Below are positions 48,781 through 63,660 of a stretch of DNA of 64,000 nucleotides, piece after piece; position 1 is the stretch's first letter; each line of letters begins with the position of its first letter. Made by a program: the position numbers and the translations under genes. This DNA is from Macrostomum hystrix (Eukaryota; Animalia; Platyhelminthes), in the NCBI GenBank assembly GCA_950097015.1, contig CATNEN010000026.1, forward strand, positions 682,001-746,000, in the 5' to 3' direction. The notes beneath the pieces are model-generated. The model ran no database searches, was not told where the DNA came from, and saw nothing but the letters and a program-made list of their open reading frames with translations.

Positions 48781-49070
48781 ATGGGCGGCAGGAAGCTCAC
48801 AAACTCAAGAGCTTCGTCATCGGCTGCCACGGCGGCCGCGGTGGCGGCAGCGGCCGCATCAACCGGGGCGGCTACTTCGGTGCGGCGCGGCTCTCGCCAG
48901 CGGACCAGCTCCTCTGCGGAGATCTCCGCGGGCGACCTTGGCATTCTGCTGGCTCTCTACCAGAACCTTCTGGGCCAGCTGGGTACTACTGTAGACAGTC
49001 GACGGACAAGGGATGACCTGCACACGCTGCGATCTCGCGCATGGGATCAGCTGAATCTCGCGCACCAACT

Positions 49071-49102
<32 letters not shown>

Positions 49103-49719
49103 CACACCCATCGCTCAGCCTTCTAGTCGAATCTGCAGCCTACTTCGCGGACCTGCTGCTGCTCACGCATCGCCTGTTGCAGCGATTTCCTGTGCCGCCA
49201 GCGTCTGACCAATCGGCGGCAGCGAACGCACCAATTCCTGTCGGCCTGCACGAGGGTCAGCGGCTTCCAGGCTGTCATCATCACGGTCGCATGTCGGCCT
49301 CCGCCGCTGCTGCCGCCGCCGCAGCTGCCGCAGCAGCGACAACGTGGAATCCGTTGGCGGAAGCTGAGAAGGCACGTAGCCTTGCTTATAGCATGCGACT
49401 GCAGCTGCAGCAGCAGGCGCTCACTCTGCAGTATCCGTTCGACGATCCATCCGAGCAACAGCAGCAGCTGGAGCAGCAACAGCAGCAGCAGCAGCAGCTA
49501 GAAGAGACCTGGTCTGCGCTGATTCGCACTGACAGCATGGACAGTTTCGATAGCTTCGTGTGCCGACACGAGCCGGTGCTGCTGGAAATTCACACCGGCT
49601 CCCGCGGCAGACGCCGTCGCTGCGTGGCGCTAATTGTGGTGGTTTTGGTCGTGGTGGTCACATTTGCCGCCGTGCTGGGCATCTGCATCACAATGCTCAC
49701 GCCGAGGCAACCCCCGTGA
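48781..49719 (+). CDS. R9AP/R7BP-like RGS membrane anchor protein (RGS9BP-like), 312 aa, with polyQ and polyA tracts and a C-terminal TM
   Basis: ALYQNLLGQLGTTVDSRRTRDDLHTLRSRAWDQ and LLQRFPV...PIPVGL resemble R9AP ([32 protein letters not shown]...FPLHAPRRPLVRTG); tail anchor CVALIVVVLVVVVTFAAVLGICITML. Recognised from memory. Confidence 0.62.
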
Positions 49720-50799
49720 CGTCAGCAGCCCCTTCTATAATCCCGTATCAGCTCTTTCCCGTCTATTGCATAGTTTGTCGAGCTTCACCTTCGGTTTGAT
49801 TTTTCGCTTTGGGGTTAGTTAGGCACTAAATAACACAACCACGCACACTTTGCAGTCAAACAAGAATAGTTATTTTTCTATTTCAATGATCTCAACGAAT
49901 CGGGTTTGGCCACCGACTGAGTCGCTAACTTATTTTCTGCAGTTTGTTTAGTGCAATTCATCTGTCTTGCTTAATCCATTTAAAAACGGATTAATTCCAT
50001 TCGGAAATCAACTAGGCGTTACCAATGTATTGCATGCGTTTTTTGCCGTCATTTTGCCAGCACGTATGCAGTGTGTGAGATTTGTGTGTACTACACAAAT
50101 GATTTGTTGATTTATTTTGACCAACTGGCCAATAAAATAGTTTAAAGATCAAAGCAGTGTTTCTAGTGTTTTTTAAGTTAACCGAAGCATTTTTAAATTT
50201 AAATACAAAAAATGGCATGCATTTTCATCAGCCCCAGTAATAGTGTCCTCAAAAGCCGACTGTCCCTTCAAATGTCAGTCAGAGGTTGGGTGAAGGAGTT
50301 TGAGACTCGTCTCAACAAATCCGGTTAGAAGGAAATCAAATCGAGAGCTGACCGGCCCGCTGCGCTTCCCAATTCTCCCTTTCCCCTGTCTCTTCATCAG
50401 CGGCGTCCTTCTCCCGCTGCTCCGCTTTTCTCAGAGTGAAGGCCCTTCAAGCCATAGCAAGAGACGGCCAAGGAGCAACGGGTAAGAGCGAGGGAGGAAG
50501 GGAGTTGAAGGATGCGGAGGGCGAGGAAGGAAAGGGAGGGCAGACTTAAGAATGCGACGCGAAGCCCGACTCGCTCGACTGGCTCGCCCCTCTCTCTTTT
50601 TTAAGAGAGAGGAGGACAAGAAGAAATTGGTTTCAGCGCCTGAGACCCTCGCTGCCTGCTGCCAATGCCAAAGTATTTTTCATGTATTTTGCATTCATTT
50701 CTAAGCTCTTTTTATATAGTCAAATCGCCCAGAATTGTCTTAGTAAAAAGTGACGTTGGCAGATTAGAGAAATGAGTAACAAGTGAGTTTGTTGTACGA

Positions 50800-51385
50800 G
50801 TGAGCTGGGCGAAGGAGTGGGGTTAGCCGTGGAATGATGTGGGTGAAGGAGTGAGGTTAGCGAGGGGGTGAGGTGAGCGAAGGAGTGGGTAGGCGGGGAG
50901 TGAGGTGGGTGAAGGAGTGGGGTTGGCGGCAGAATGAGGTGGGCGAAGGAATGGGGTTGGCGACGGAATAAGATGTGTAAACGAATAGGGTTGGCAGGGG
51001 AGGGATGTGAGCGAAGGAGTGGGGTTAGCGATGGAATAATGTAGGTGAATGAGTGAGGTTGGCGTGGGAGTGAGGTGAGCGAAGGAGTGGGGTTAGCGGT
51101 GAAATGATGTGGGTGAATGAGTGAGGTTGGCGTGGGAGTGAGGTGAGCGAAGGAGTGGGTAGGCGGGAGTGAGGTGGGCGAAGGAGTGGGTAGGCGGGGA
51201 GTGAGGTGGGCGAAGGAGTGGGGTTAGCGGTGGAATGATGTGGGTGAATGAGTGAGGTTTGCGTGGGAGTGAGGTGAGCGAAGGAGTGGGTAGGCGGGGA
51301 GTGAGGTGGGTGAAGGAGTGGGGTTGGCGGCGGAATGAGGCGGGTGAAGGAGTGGGGTTGGCAAGGGAGTGAGGTGGGCGAAGGA
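50800..51385. repeat. Degenerate ~30-bp G-rich minisatellite (GAGTGAGGTGGG core)
   Basis: Units such as GGGAGTGAGGTGGGCGAAGGAGTGGGGTTGGC. Confidence 0.88.
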
Positions 51386-51994
51386 TTAATTCGGATTAAT
51401 TCTATTTAAAAAAGATTAATTAGTCTGAAATAACATATTGATTTTTGGCGACAGCTATCTGTTTACCTCTTTATCTTTCTTCCTTTTTTCTTTCTTTTAA
51501 CAAAAATAATGACTGGCATCTCGACGTCTGACCCTATTTCTCTCCGAATATCAATCTGTGCGTCTGTGCCTCTGCCATGTGCTCATTAACTTGAGCAGGG
51601 AAGACTCCTCACCATACCCTTTAATGTTCGCATCAGGAGACTATTTCAAGGGACGCCTTCACACACTCCCATTGTACCCTGGGAATAAGACAGTTCAGCT
51701 AAAGTTCTCGTTATGAAAGCTTGGCAGTACTGCTAGTAGATACTGGCATTGGAATGTGCTGGTCTTAAGAGCATGTAATAGTGCAAGTTTATATTCCTCA
51801 TTTAGTCGATTTTTATTTAACCTCGTTTTAAATTTTACAGGCACTACTATCAGTACCACGCTTGGATGATAGAATATTGTGTAAAAGCCTGCGAAATATA
51901 GGCTGTAAACTTGGCATAGCGAGATTCTATATATACGAGAAGATCAGTGATGGGCACGATGAACAAAATAGGCTAAAGCCAGCCCCACCCCCCT

Positions 51995-52446
51995 CGCGGG
52001 GTGAAAGGCCGGTATCTATGTACATTCGGGGTGAAAGGCCGGTATCTATGTACATTCGGGGTGAAAGGCCGGTATCTATGCACATTCGGGGTGAAAGGCC
52101 GGTATCTATGTACATTCGGGGTGAAAGGCCGGTATCTATGTACATTCGGGGTGAAAGGCCGGTATCTATGTGCATTCGGGGTGAAAGGCCGGTATCTATG
52201 TACATTCGGGGTGAAAGGCCGGTATCTATGTACATTCGGGGTGAAAGGCCGGTATCTATGTACATTCGGGGTGAAAGGCCGGTATCTATGTACATTCGGG
52301 GTGAAAGGCCGGTATCTATGTACATTCGGGGTGAAAGGCCGGTATCTATGTACATTCGGGGTGAAAGGCCGGTATCTATGTACATTCGGGGTGAAAGGCC
52401 GGTATCTATGCACATTCGGGGTGAAAGGCCGGTATCTATGTACATT
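51995..52446. repeat. 30-bp minisatellite (15 copies)
   Basis: Unit CGGGGTGAAAGGCCGGTATCTATGTACATT. Confidence 0.96.
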
Positions 52447-52619
52447 TAGACAAGTCAGACAAGTCGAGTCAGCACAACACGCGCACCGCAGGAACACCCC
52501 ACTGCTCTCCCCCCAAGAAAAGCGCAAGGTAAGGTAGAAATTAAGGAAATGAAACACAACGAAAAGCAGTTCAAAAACAGTTCAAAAAGTATCAGTAATC
52601 CCAGTCAATCAGTTCCTAA

Positions 52620-54530
52620 ATCGGCTACCAGGACGCTCTGAAGTAGTCACAGTTGGTCGCCGCTGCCTTCCTCAACGACGGGGCCCTCCCTGACACTCTG
52701 CAGCCGGGGGCTCGCGCAGCAACTGCCAGGGTCGGTCATTGTGCACCAGTAATTTAAACCTGCCGTTCTTGGAGCGGACTCGGTAGTTCACGGGGCCTAC
52801 CTTTCTTGAGGATGGTGTACGGGCCGGAACATGTGTTCGATTGCGTTATCACTGGCCGCGCTTCATCGCCTGGTGCGTCAGCATCACCAGGTCCATTGGA
52901 CACCGAGCAGAAGGTCGGCGGTCTGCCGCCGTCTGCCGCCTTGAACGGCGACTCGCCAGTAGAGCTGTGCGCCGAGCTGTTGTAAGCCCATACGACGCAT
53001 GGCAACAGAATGTCCCAGCTGTCTTGCCTAGCGTTCGGTTGAAACTCTCGACGTTGCCGTTGCCACTGGGATGAATCGGTGATGTCGATTTTGACCAGCA
53101 GTGAGCAGGTCTTTTTGAACAGCTCGGCCTTGAACTGCCGACTCTGGTCCGACTGCACGACTTCCGGAACACCGTGTCGCAGTACCATGGCAGTCACCAG
53201 GGCCTGAGCCACCGTCCTGGCGTCGATCTGGCTGAGGACTGCCGTCTCGACCCGATTTGAGCAGGTGTCAACAATAGCTCAGAATGTGGCGCTTACCAGA
53301 CTCGGTGGCCGGCAGTGGACGCTTGATGTCAAGCTGCACAATCGACCACGGCCGGCAGCAGCTGCCGCACGATCTCGGCACGGGCTCTCTTCGGCGCTTC
53401 CTTCCGGTGCTGGCAGACCGAACAGCTGCGCACCCAGTCTCGCACGTCTTCGCGCATTTCTGACCACCAGGCGCGAGCTTGCAGCGCTCGCAGAACTCGA
53501 CGTTGTCCGACATGCCCGGCGCTAGGCAGGTTGTGCGCCTGCGCAGCTCCGCACGAATGCGCTGAGGAATCACTGGCAGCCCATTGTGAAGCAGCGCTCC
53601 GGCCGGTGACAACGACAGACCTGGCATCAGTCTGTGAACTGCCGAACTCCCAGCCGCACGAACCTACACGTCGGGCCGAGTGCAGAATCTGGTCCAGATC
53701 TTGCACTTCTGGTAGGTTGGCAGTCTTAAATTGCACCGCGACTGCTCGGCTGAGAGCGTCCGGCACGATGTTCTCCTTGCCAGGCCGGTACAGGATCTCC
53801 AGTGGGAACTCCTGAATGAGCTGCCGCCAGCGTGCCAACCGTCCCACCGGCTCCTTGGAGTTCAGGAGGCCGATGATTTGCTTATGATCGGTGAACATCT
53901 GGATACGGCTGCTGTTGCTCAGGTACATTCGAAACTGCTTGAGACTCCATACCACGGTCAGGAGTTCTCGATCCGTAGTGCTGTAGTTTCGCTCGGCCTT
54001 GCTCAGCGTTCTGGAGGCATTGGCCACCGGCTGGTCCTCGCCGTCTCGCTCCTGGCTGAGCACCACACCCAAGGCGACGGTACTGCTGTCGCAGCTAATG
54101 ATGACGGGCCGACTGGAGTCCGGCAGCTGGAGCACGGGAGCCTGGGTCAGAGCGTCGTTCAGCTTGGCTAGTGAAGCCGCATGCTCGACTGTCCATGCGA
54201 AGTGCGTCAGTGCGAAGTCCCCAGCGCTTTTCTGTGCCAAATGGTGCGATAGTGCGCGAGATGCTTGGCGATGTCAGAGAGTTGGGCACAAACTGGCGGT
54301 AGAGGGTGCGCTGGACATCCTGGCCCGACCTCGGGTCCGGTATCTGTCTGATCGCCTCGACTTTCTCTGCTGACGGTGCGATGCCGCTCATACAGGAGAC
54401 CTTCCGATAGGCGAAGAAGCTCTTGCCGTGGTTCAGCTTCAGTTTAGCGTGCAGCACATGACAGGGTCGCTAACGAATATCATGTGCGCCGTCTTCCAGC
54501 TCGATCTTGTGTTGTGAAGTGGATGTTTGA
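52620..54530 (-). mobile_element. Degenerate Ty3/gypsy pol remnant (RT ends, RNase H, integrase)
   Basis: LKLNHGKSFF...SGIAPSAEK; APVLQLPD...CDSSTVALGVVLSQ...ASRTLSKAERNYSTTDRELL...FTDHK (RNase H); HNLPSAGHVG...WW...CSVCQ; VQLDIKRPLP; HGVPEVVQSDQ; HPSGNGNVESFNRTL. Frameshifted. Confidence 0.92.
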
Positions 54531-54544
54531 AGGAGTGAGTTAGA

Positions 54545-54790
54545 TGTGTGTTAGATGAGGTGGGTGTCGGAGTGAGGTGGGTGTCGGAGTGAGGTGGGTG
54601 TCGGAGTGAGGTGGGTGTCGGAGTGAGGTGGGTGTCGGAGTTAGGTGGGTGTCGGAGTGAGGTGGGTGTCGGAGTGAGGTGGGTGTCGGAGTGAGGTGGG
54701 TGTCAGAGTGAGGTGGGTGTCGGAGTGAGGTGGGTGTCGGAGTGAGGTGGGTGTCGGAGTGATGTGGGTGTCGGAGTGATGTGGGTGCAA
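54545..54790. repeat. 17-bp minisatellite GAGTGAGGTGGGTGTCG
   Basis: About 14 near-perfect units abutting the gypsy remnant. Confidence 0.94.
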
Positions 54791-55477
54791 TGGCGGTGGT
54801 ATGAGAATTTGAATTGAATAGAGTAAGGTGCGAATAAAGTAGCAACATACGAGTGCAGACTCTTTTTCTTGAAAAGGATTAAAAAACGGCTTTTGGATGT
54901 TGCCAGTCAGATAGTGACAAAACTTATTTATAGAATTACTCAAAGCGCTACTCATAAAGGCATTTGACTGGATTCAGATTTCTAATTTCTCTGACGAGGC
55001 TACTTTAGTCGCAGTTTTCCTCGAATTAAACTATACACGGACTTTGCGAAACTATACAAGCCGTCAGATGCTCATTACGCTGGATCTTTGGCGCACAGGT
55101 TTGTATTTTGTGCAGTCGGGGTGGGGCACAGTTTTTAGCTCGAATTAAATCAAAGGAGTGGATGAGGCTGTCTCGTTCGAGATTATTAATTAGCTAAGTC
55201 AGAATCCCCTAGAGGCTCGAAAGTGGAATTTCATTACCAATCTAGTGCTGCACTTGTTTCTCAGTCAGTCGGAAACTGGCGCAGTCCTAGATCCCATTAA
55301 TTCGATGTTTGACCTAAAAATACTCAATGGAGTGAGAAATTGCTAATAATTTGCCGCGCGACGGACGAGAAGATAGAGCGGGGTAAATAGAATCAGAGTG
55401 CTCGATATTAGCTGTATATAATCAATCCATATCATTAAAATAAGTGTAGGTTGGCGGAATTTGGAGTAATGTGTGTC

Positions 55478-55950
55478 AGTGAGGTGGGTGTAGGAGTGAG
55501 GTGGGTGTAGGAGTGAGGTGGGTGTAGGAGTGAGGTGGGTGTAGGAGTGAGGTGGGTGTAGGAGTGAGGTGGGTGTAGGAGTGAGGTGGGTGTAGGAGTG
55601 AGGTGGGTGTAGGAGTGAGGTGGGTGTAGGAGTGAGGTGGGTGTAGGAGTGAGGTGGGTGTAGTAGTGAACTGTGTGTAGGAGTGAGGTGGGTGTAGTAG
55701 TGAACTGTGTGTAGGAGTGAGGTGGGTGTAGTAGTGAACTGGGTGTAGGAGTGAGTTGGGAGAAAGAGTGAAACAATACAAGTTCTTGTCTAAGATATAA
55801 ATGTAGCAGTGAGGTGGGTATATGAGTGAGGTCGGTGTACATAGAAGTGAGGTGGGTGCAGAAGGCGTGTAGTAAGTGTTGAAGTGAACTGGATGTAGGA
55901 GTGAGATGGCCGCAGTAGGAGTTAGTGGGTGTTGGAGTGAGGTTGGCAGA
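55478..55950. repeat. 17-bp minisatellite GAGTGAGGTGGGTGTAG
   Basis: Perfect core copies 55493-55655, degenerate flanks. Confidence 0.92.
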
Positions 55951-57164
55951 CTTGGAGGATGCAGTCGATGTCGGAGGTAGACAATCTATCTAGCCATCTA
56001 TATACCTTTCCGCCGCACCTGTCAGTCAATCTGTCCGTTGGCAGAATTTTCTCTTCCCATATAGTATACTCACTCCTACTGAAATATTTTCCAGGGTTGA
56101 ATCGCTTACTTCCTGTTTAATGGAGTTGCCAGCTACCCCACTCCAGACGTGTCGAATCCTGCGCCGCCTCTTCCCCTCATCCTGCGCGGCCTCTTCCTCT
56201 TCTGCCTGCTTCATCCCTTACCGCGGTAAGTCAAAAGAAGCTCGCGGCTCGAAGATTCGGGGATTGGCGAGCTTTTTGGGGTGGGTAGGTGGGGCAGCTG
56301 GGCCAGTTTGGGATGAAAAGATTCGATGAGGAGCTGGTCACGCAGTTTGCTGGGATTTTAAATAAAAAATAGGGGATTTCTTAGCTCCCGTCTTCCTCGC
56401 CAAGCCCCATCTGTACCAACACAGGATCTGTTTTCCCCAAGACACTCTTCCCGTCTCGACAACGGCTTCCCTTCGTTATCTTGAGAATTCGCCTCTCGCC
56501 ACCTGTTGCTAGGCCGCGTTGGCAGCACTCCAGCCGGCAGAATTTGCTTTCGCGTGAATTTACAAACCAGCCGGTATTTTCCTAAATAAGAGTATTAAAT
56601 AGCAGGTAAGTTGAACCCTGGATGTTTTGAAGTGGGAGGAAGTTTTTCGATTTATAACTCGAAAATCGATTACGAGCGTATTTTTCACAGCGTTACAATT
56701 CCAAGTATTTTTTGTTCAACGTTCAAAACAGCAAAACTAAGATTTTAGAGAGTCTATGGAAGAGTTGATTAAATTTGGTAAAGGAGAGAAGTGAGTGGGA
56801 GAGAGGTCTAACGCGTTTGCCTCTCGCACCACGGTCCCTGAGCTCGATTCCGCGGCGAGGCCACATTCATTTGGGGCGCAGCCGCGGAGAGAAGGCTTGG
56901 TGGCTTGTCGCGTAATTTACGCTATTGAGGGCCAACCTCCAAGGCTCAGCACACTTCCTGACGATGAGAAAGTCAGGGCTGATGTTTACGCCTGTGCGAT
57001 TGTGAGTGCCTGCGTACAGTATCTGTGTGCGTGTGTGCTCAGGAGTCAACGAAATGGGCAGAATTGCCTCCTCGCTGACTGCGGGTCTAGTGTGTAACCA
57101 AATGATGTGCCTTTGTCCGCAGTCCTCCTGTAATAACACTTTTTCGTGTAGTAGTGAGTTTGTG

Positions 57165-57355
57165 TAGGAGTGAGGTGGTTGTTGGTGTGAGGTGGGTGCT
57201 TGAAGTGAGGTGGGTGTTGTAGTGAGGTAGTTATTGGTGTGAGGTGGGTATAGGAGTGAGGTGGTTTTTGGTGTGAGGTGGGTGTTGAAGTGAGGTGGGT
57301 GTTGTAGTGAGGTGGGTGTCGGAGTGAGGTGGTTGTTGGCGTGAGGTGGGTGTAG
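57165..57355. repeat. Degenerate 17-bp GTGAGGTGGGTGT minisatellite
   Basis: Same core as the arrays at 54545 and 55478. Confidence 0.85.
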
Positions 57356-57954
57356 AATGTAGGACTAAGTGTGAGTCATGTTGGTGGAGAAGTGAGATGG
57401 GTCTAATATAGTCACAAGATAAGTACTAATAGCTTAGGTGTGTCTTGAGTTAATACGGGCACAGCTCGCCAGTATCCAAGTAGGCAATCGGAATTGAAGC
57501 TACAAACGTAAAAGAAAATCCTAAACAAGTTTTTTAAAATACAACTGAAAAGACAGGCTCTTAATTGATTTTTGTTCAAAGAGTTCCAAGTGTGGACTGA
57601 ATTTTCACAATCAGAGTACTTTTAATTCATTGTTATTGGAGATATTATAGAAACAGCCGTATGTAGATAAGAATTTGCGCAGTGTTAAATTTCTCAATCA
57701 AATCGAATTTTTATCAGATTACGGTCCTTAATAGTTTGGACTCCATTTGCTGCAGTTAACTGTCTCAACTTTCCAACCGAAATATCTTGCCTATAAGGAC
57801 TCACTCTATGAATAGACTTCAGTGAGTGATTGATTCTTGAGTACTGTACATGACAGCTTTTACTCAGACATGCGGGCAGAGTTTTGAGCTTAATCTGAAA
57901 TTTGAGCGCAATCGAAAGTTGAAGGCACAAGTTCGTTTGTTACGTGAGGATGAC

Positions 57955-58805
57955 AGTGAGACAGTGAGACATCAAAGGATGGGACTGTAAGACATCAGTA
58001 GATGGGACTGTGAGACATCAGTAGATGGGACTGTGAGACATCAAGGGATGGGACTGTAAGACATTAGTAGATGGGACAGTGAGGCATCAGGGGATGGGAC
58101 AGTGAGACATCAAAGGATGGGACTGTAAGACATCAGTAGATGGGACTGTGAGACATCAGTAGATGGGACTGTGAGACATCAGTAGATGGGACTGTGAGAC
58201 ATCAGGGGATGGGACTGTGAGACATCAGAGGATCAGGCAGTGAAACCTCAGGGGATGGGACAGTGAGACATCAGGGGATGGGACAGTGAGACATCAGGGG
58301 ATGGGACTGTGAGACATCAGGGGATGGGACAGTGAGACATCAAAGGATGGGACTGTAAGACATCAGTAGATGGGACTGTGAGACATCAGTAGATGGGACT
58401 GTGAGACATCAGTAGATGGGACTGTGAGACATCAAGGGATGGGACTGTAAGACATCAGTAGATGGGACTGTGAGACATCAAGGGATGGGACTGTAAGACA
58501 TCAGTAGATGGGACTGTGAGACATCAGGGGATGGGACTGTGAGACATCAGAGGATCAGGCAGTGAAACCTCAGGGGATGGGACAGTGAGACATCAGGGGA
58601 TGGGACAGTGAGACATCAGGGGATGGGACAGTGAGACATCAGGGGATGGGACTGTGAGACATCAGGGGATCAGGCAGTGAAACCTCAGGGGATGGGACAG
58701 TGAGACATCAGTAGATGGGACTGTGAGACTATAGGGGATCAGGCAGTGAAACCTCAGGGGATGGGACAGTGAGACATCAGGAGATTAGGCAGTCAGACAT
58801 CAGAA
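57955..58805. repeat. 23-bp minisatellite (~36 copies)
   Basis: Unit CATCAG(GGG/TAG)ATGGGACTGTGAGA. Confidence 0.95.
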
Positions 58806-59989
58806 CAACGTATTTACCGTTGACCTTTGGCCAATAGTTTGCGAAATCTACTTCTAGTCTCTAGTGTCCTTCCAGTCCAGTAGTTCTAAAATCCTAGGGC
58901 TAGAGAGAGAAAATCAGAGAGAGACAGAGCCATATTGTACACTCTGGGATGCAGTTTTAACCTCTCCATTGAAATGGCGTTTACAAAAAAAGCATCCAGG
59001 CTTTATATTTTGGTTGCTGCTTCAGTTAGGGGAGGCGTTTTTGATCAAATGAGAGAGAGAGAGATTAAAGCGATCCGGTGTTGCTAGGAGTCGCCAGCCA
59101 GTTGACAATGGGGAGGGGGAGAATTCTCCCACCCTAGCAGCAGCCGCCGCCGCTGCTTGCAGTACCGTGCTCAGGTTAGGACTGAGGCCAGTGTTGGGGG
59201 AAGAATCTCCCTGCCATATCCTGAGACCCGCCTCTATTTTTTTCGTAACGCCATTTTTCCCTAAGCTTCTATTTATAACTTATGAGAACATTTGGAGCTC
59301 AGAATTGCCATGACAAAATGTTGTCAAAAACTGACAAAATGCAACAGGCATAGGTGCAGTTTTAAGCTCGTAGTCGAATTATAGATCCCAATTATCTTTC
59401 AATTGACAAGAAATCCCAAATCCCCAAATCTGCTTGGCGGGTCGGTGAGGTGGCTAGTTTTGGGGGGGGGGTTGACGCTTCTAATCGTAGCGTCTCCCGC
59501 GCTGGCGAGGGGAAAGAGGAGAAGACGATGCGGCTGAATTGAGGATTTCATTCTCTGAGGATCTGTGGATCTGAGGAAGAGCCGGGAGTTGCTGCTCTGA
59601 GCTGGGCTGGTTGGGGATGTGGCATTTTCTATGGTGCCATATTTACCAAAAGCTTGAAAGATCATTAGAGGCTGTTTAAATATCTGCCTATAGCACCAAA
59701 CACGTTACTGCACCGTGTCTGAAAAATGTCTGACCCTGGGCATCAGGTCAAGGACTTCAACAGCATTAGGACAGCTTACAGGGATAAACGCAACAGGCTT
59801 GGTGAGTTTGTGACACCGTCACACCTTCATGGGATAAGTACGTGGGACAAAAAGTGGAAAAAAGAACGATTTTCATTACTTATAATTAGGATGTGCATGT
59901 GGCAGTACCCAGTCCATGGACTGGACAGCTGTACACAGCAGCAAACCCTACCCAATAAGTTCCGATTTTGCAACACACTCTACCCGATT

Positions 59990-60785
59990 CACTCTACCTA
60001 ATTCACTCTACCCAACTCACTCTACCCAAATCACTCTACCCAACTCACTATAACCAACTCATTCTTCCCAACTCACTCTAACCAACTCGCTCTACCCAAC
60101 TCACTCTACACAACTCACTCTACCCAACTCACTCTACCCAACTTACTCTACCCAACTCACTCTACCCAACTCACTCTAACCAACTTACTCTACCCAACTC
60201 ACTCTACCCAACTCACTCTACCCAAATCACTCTACCCAACTCACTATAACCAACTCATTCTTCCCAACTCACTCTAACCAACTCGCTCTACCCAACTCAC
60301 TCTACCCAACTCACTCTACCCAACTCACTCTACCCAACTTACTCTACCCAACTCACTCTACCCAACTCACTCTAACCAACTTACTCTACCCAACTCACTC
60401 TACCCAACTCACTCTAACCAACTCACTCTACCCAACTCACTCTACCCAACTCACTCTACCCAACTCACTCTAACCAACTCACTCTACCCAACTCACTCTA
60501 CCCAACTCACTCTAACCAACTCATTCTTCCCAACTCACTCTAACCAACTCGCTCTACCCAACTCACTCTAAGCAACTCACTCTACCCAACTCACTCTAAG
60601 CAACTCGCTCTACCCAACTCACTCTACCCAACCCACTCTACCCAGTTCATTCTACCCAACCCACTCTACCCAGTTCACTCTACCCAACCCACTCTACCCA
60701 GTTCACTCTACCCAACTCACTCTACCCAATTCACTCTACCCAACTCACTCTAACCAACTCGCTCTACCCAGCTCACTTTACCCAA
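59990..60785. repeat. 14-bp minisatellite CCCAACTCACTCTA (~56 copies)
   Basis: Directly visible; ends just before the acceptor-like GTGCAG at ~60791-60796. Confidence 0.95.
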
Positions 60786-60810
60786 TCCACGTGCAGGTGA
60801 TGCAGTACGC

Positions 60811-63023
<2,213 letters not shown>

Positions 63024-63122
63024 GTGAGCTGATGTGACATTGTGTGCTTGTCAACATATAACCCTTCTTAATAGTACGAGTAATAGCAATAATAATAGGA
63101 ATTGCAGGAGCCTTATGGGAGA

Positions 63123-63660
63123 GAGAATGCAGGGAGGCTGTAGGCTGTTGGACAGACAGTAGGGAGAATGCAGGGAGGCTGTAGGCTGTCGGACAGACAG
63201 TAGGGAGAATGCAGGGAGGCTGTATGTCGTGCAGACAGTAGGGAGAATGCAGGGAGGCTGAAGGCTGTCGTGCAGACAGTAGGGAGAATGCAGGGAGGCT
63301 GTAGGCTGTCGGACAGACAGTAGGGAGAATGCTGGGAGGCTGTAGGCTGTTGGACAGACAGTAGGGAGAATGCAGGGAGGCTGTAGGCTGTCGGACAGAC
63401 AGTAGGGAGAATGCAGGGAGGCTGTAGGCTGTTGGACAGACAGTAGGGAGAATGCAGGGAGGCTGTAGGCTGTTGGACAGACAGTAGGGAGAATGCAGGG
63501 AGGCTGAAGGCTGTCGTACAGACAGTAGGGAGAATGCAGGGAGGCTGAAGGCTGTCGGACAGACAGTAGGGAGAATGCAGGGAGGCTGTAGGCTGTCGGA
63601 CAGACAGTAGGGAGAATGCAGGGAGGCTGTAGGCTGTCGGACAGACAGTAGGGGGAATGG
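63123..63660. repeat. 41-bp minisatellite (~13 copies)
   Basis: Unit GAGAATGCAGGGAGGCTGTAGGCTGTCGGACAGACAGTAGG; period 41 (63123 to 63164). Confidence 0.95.
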
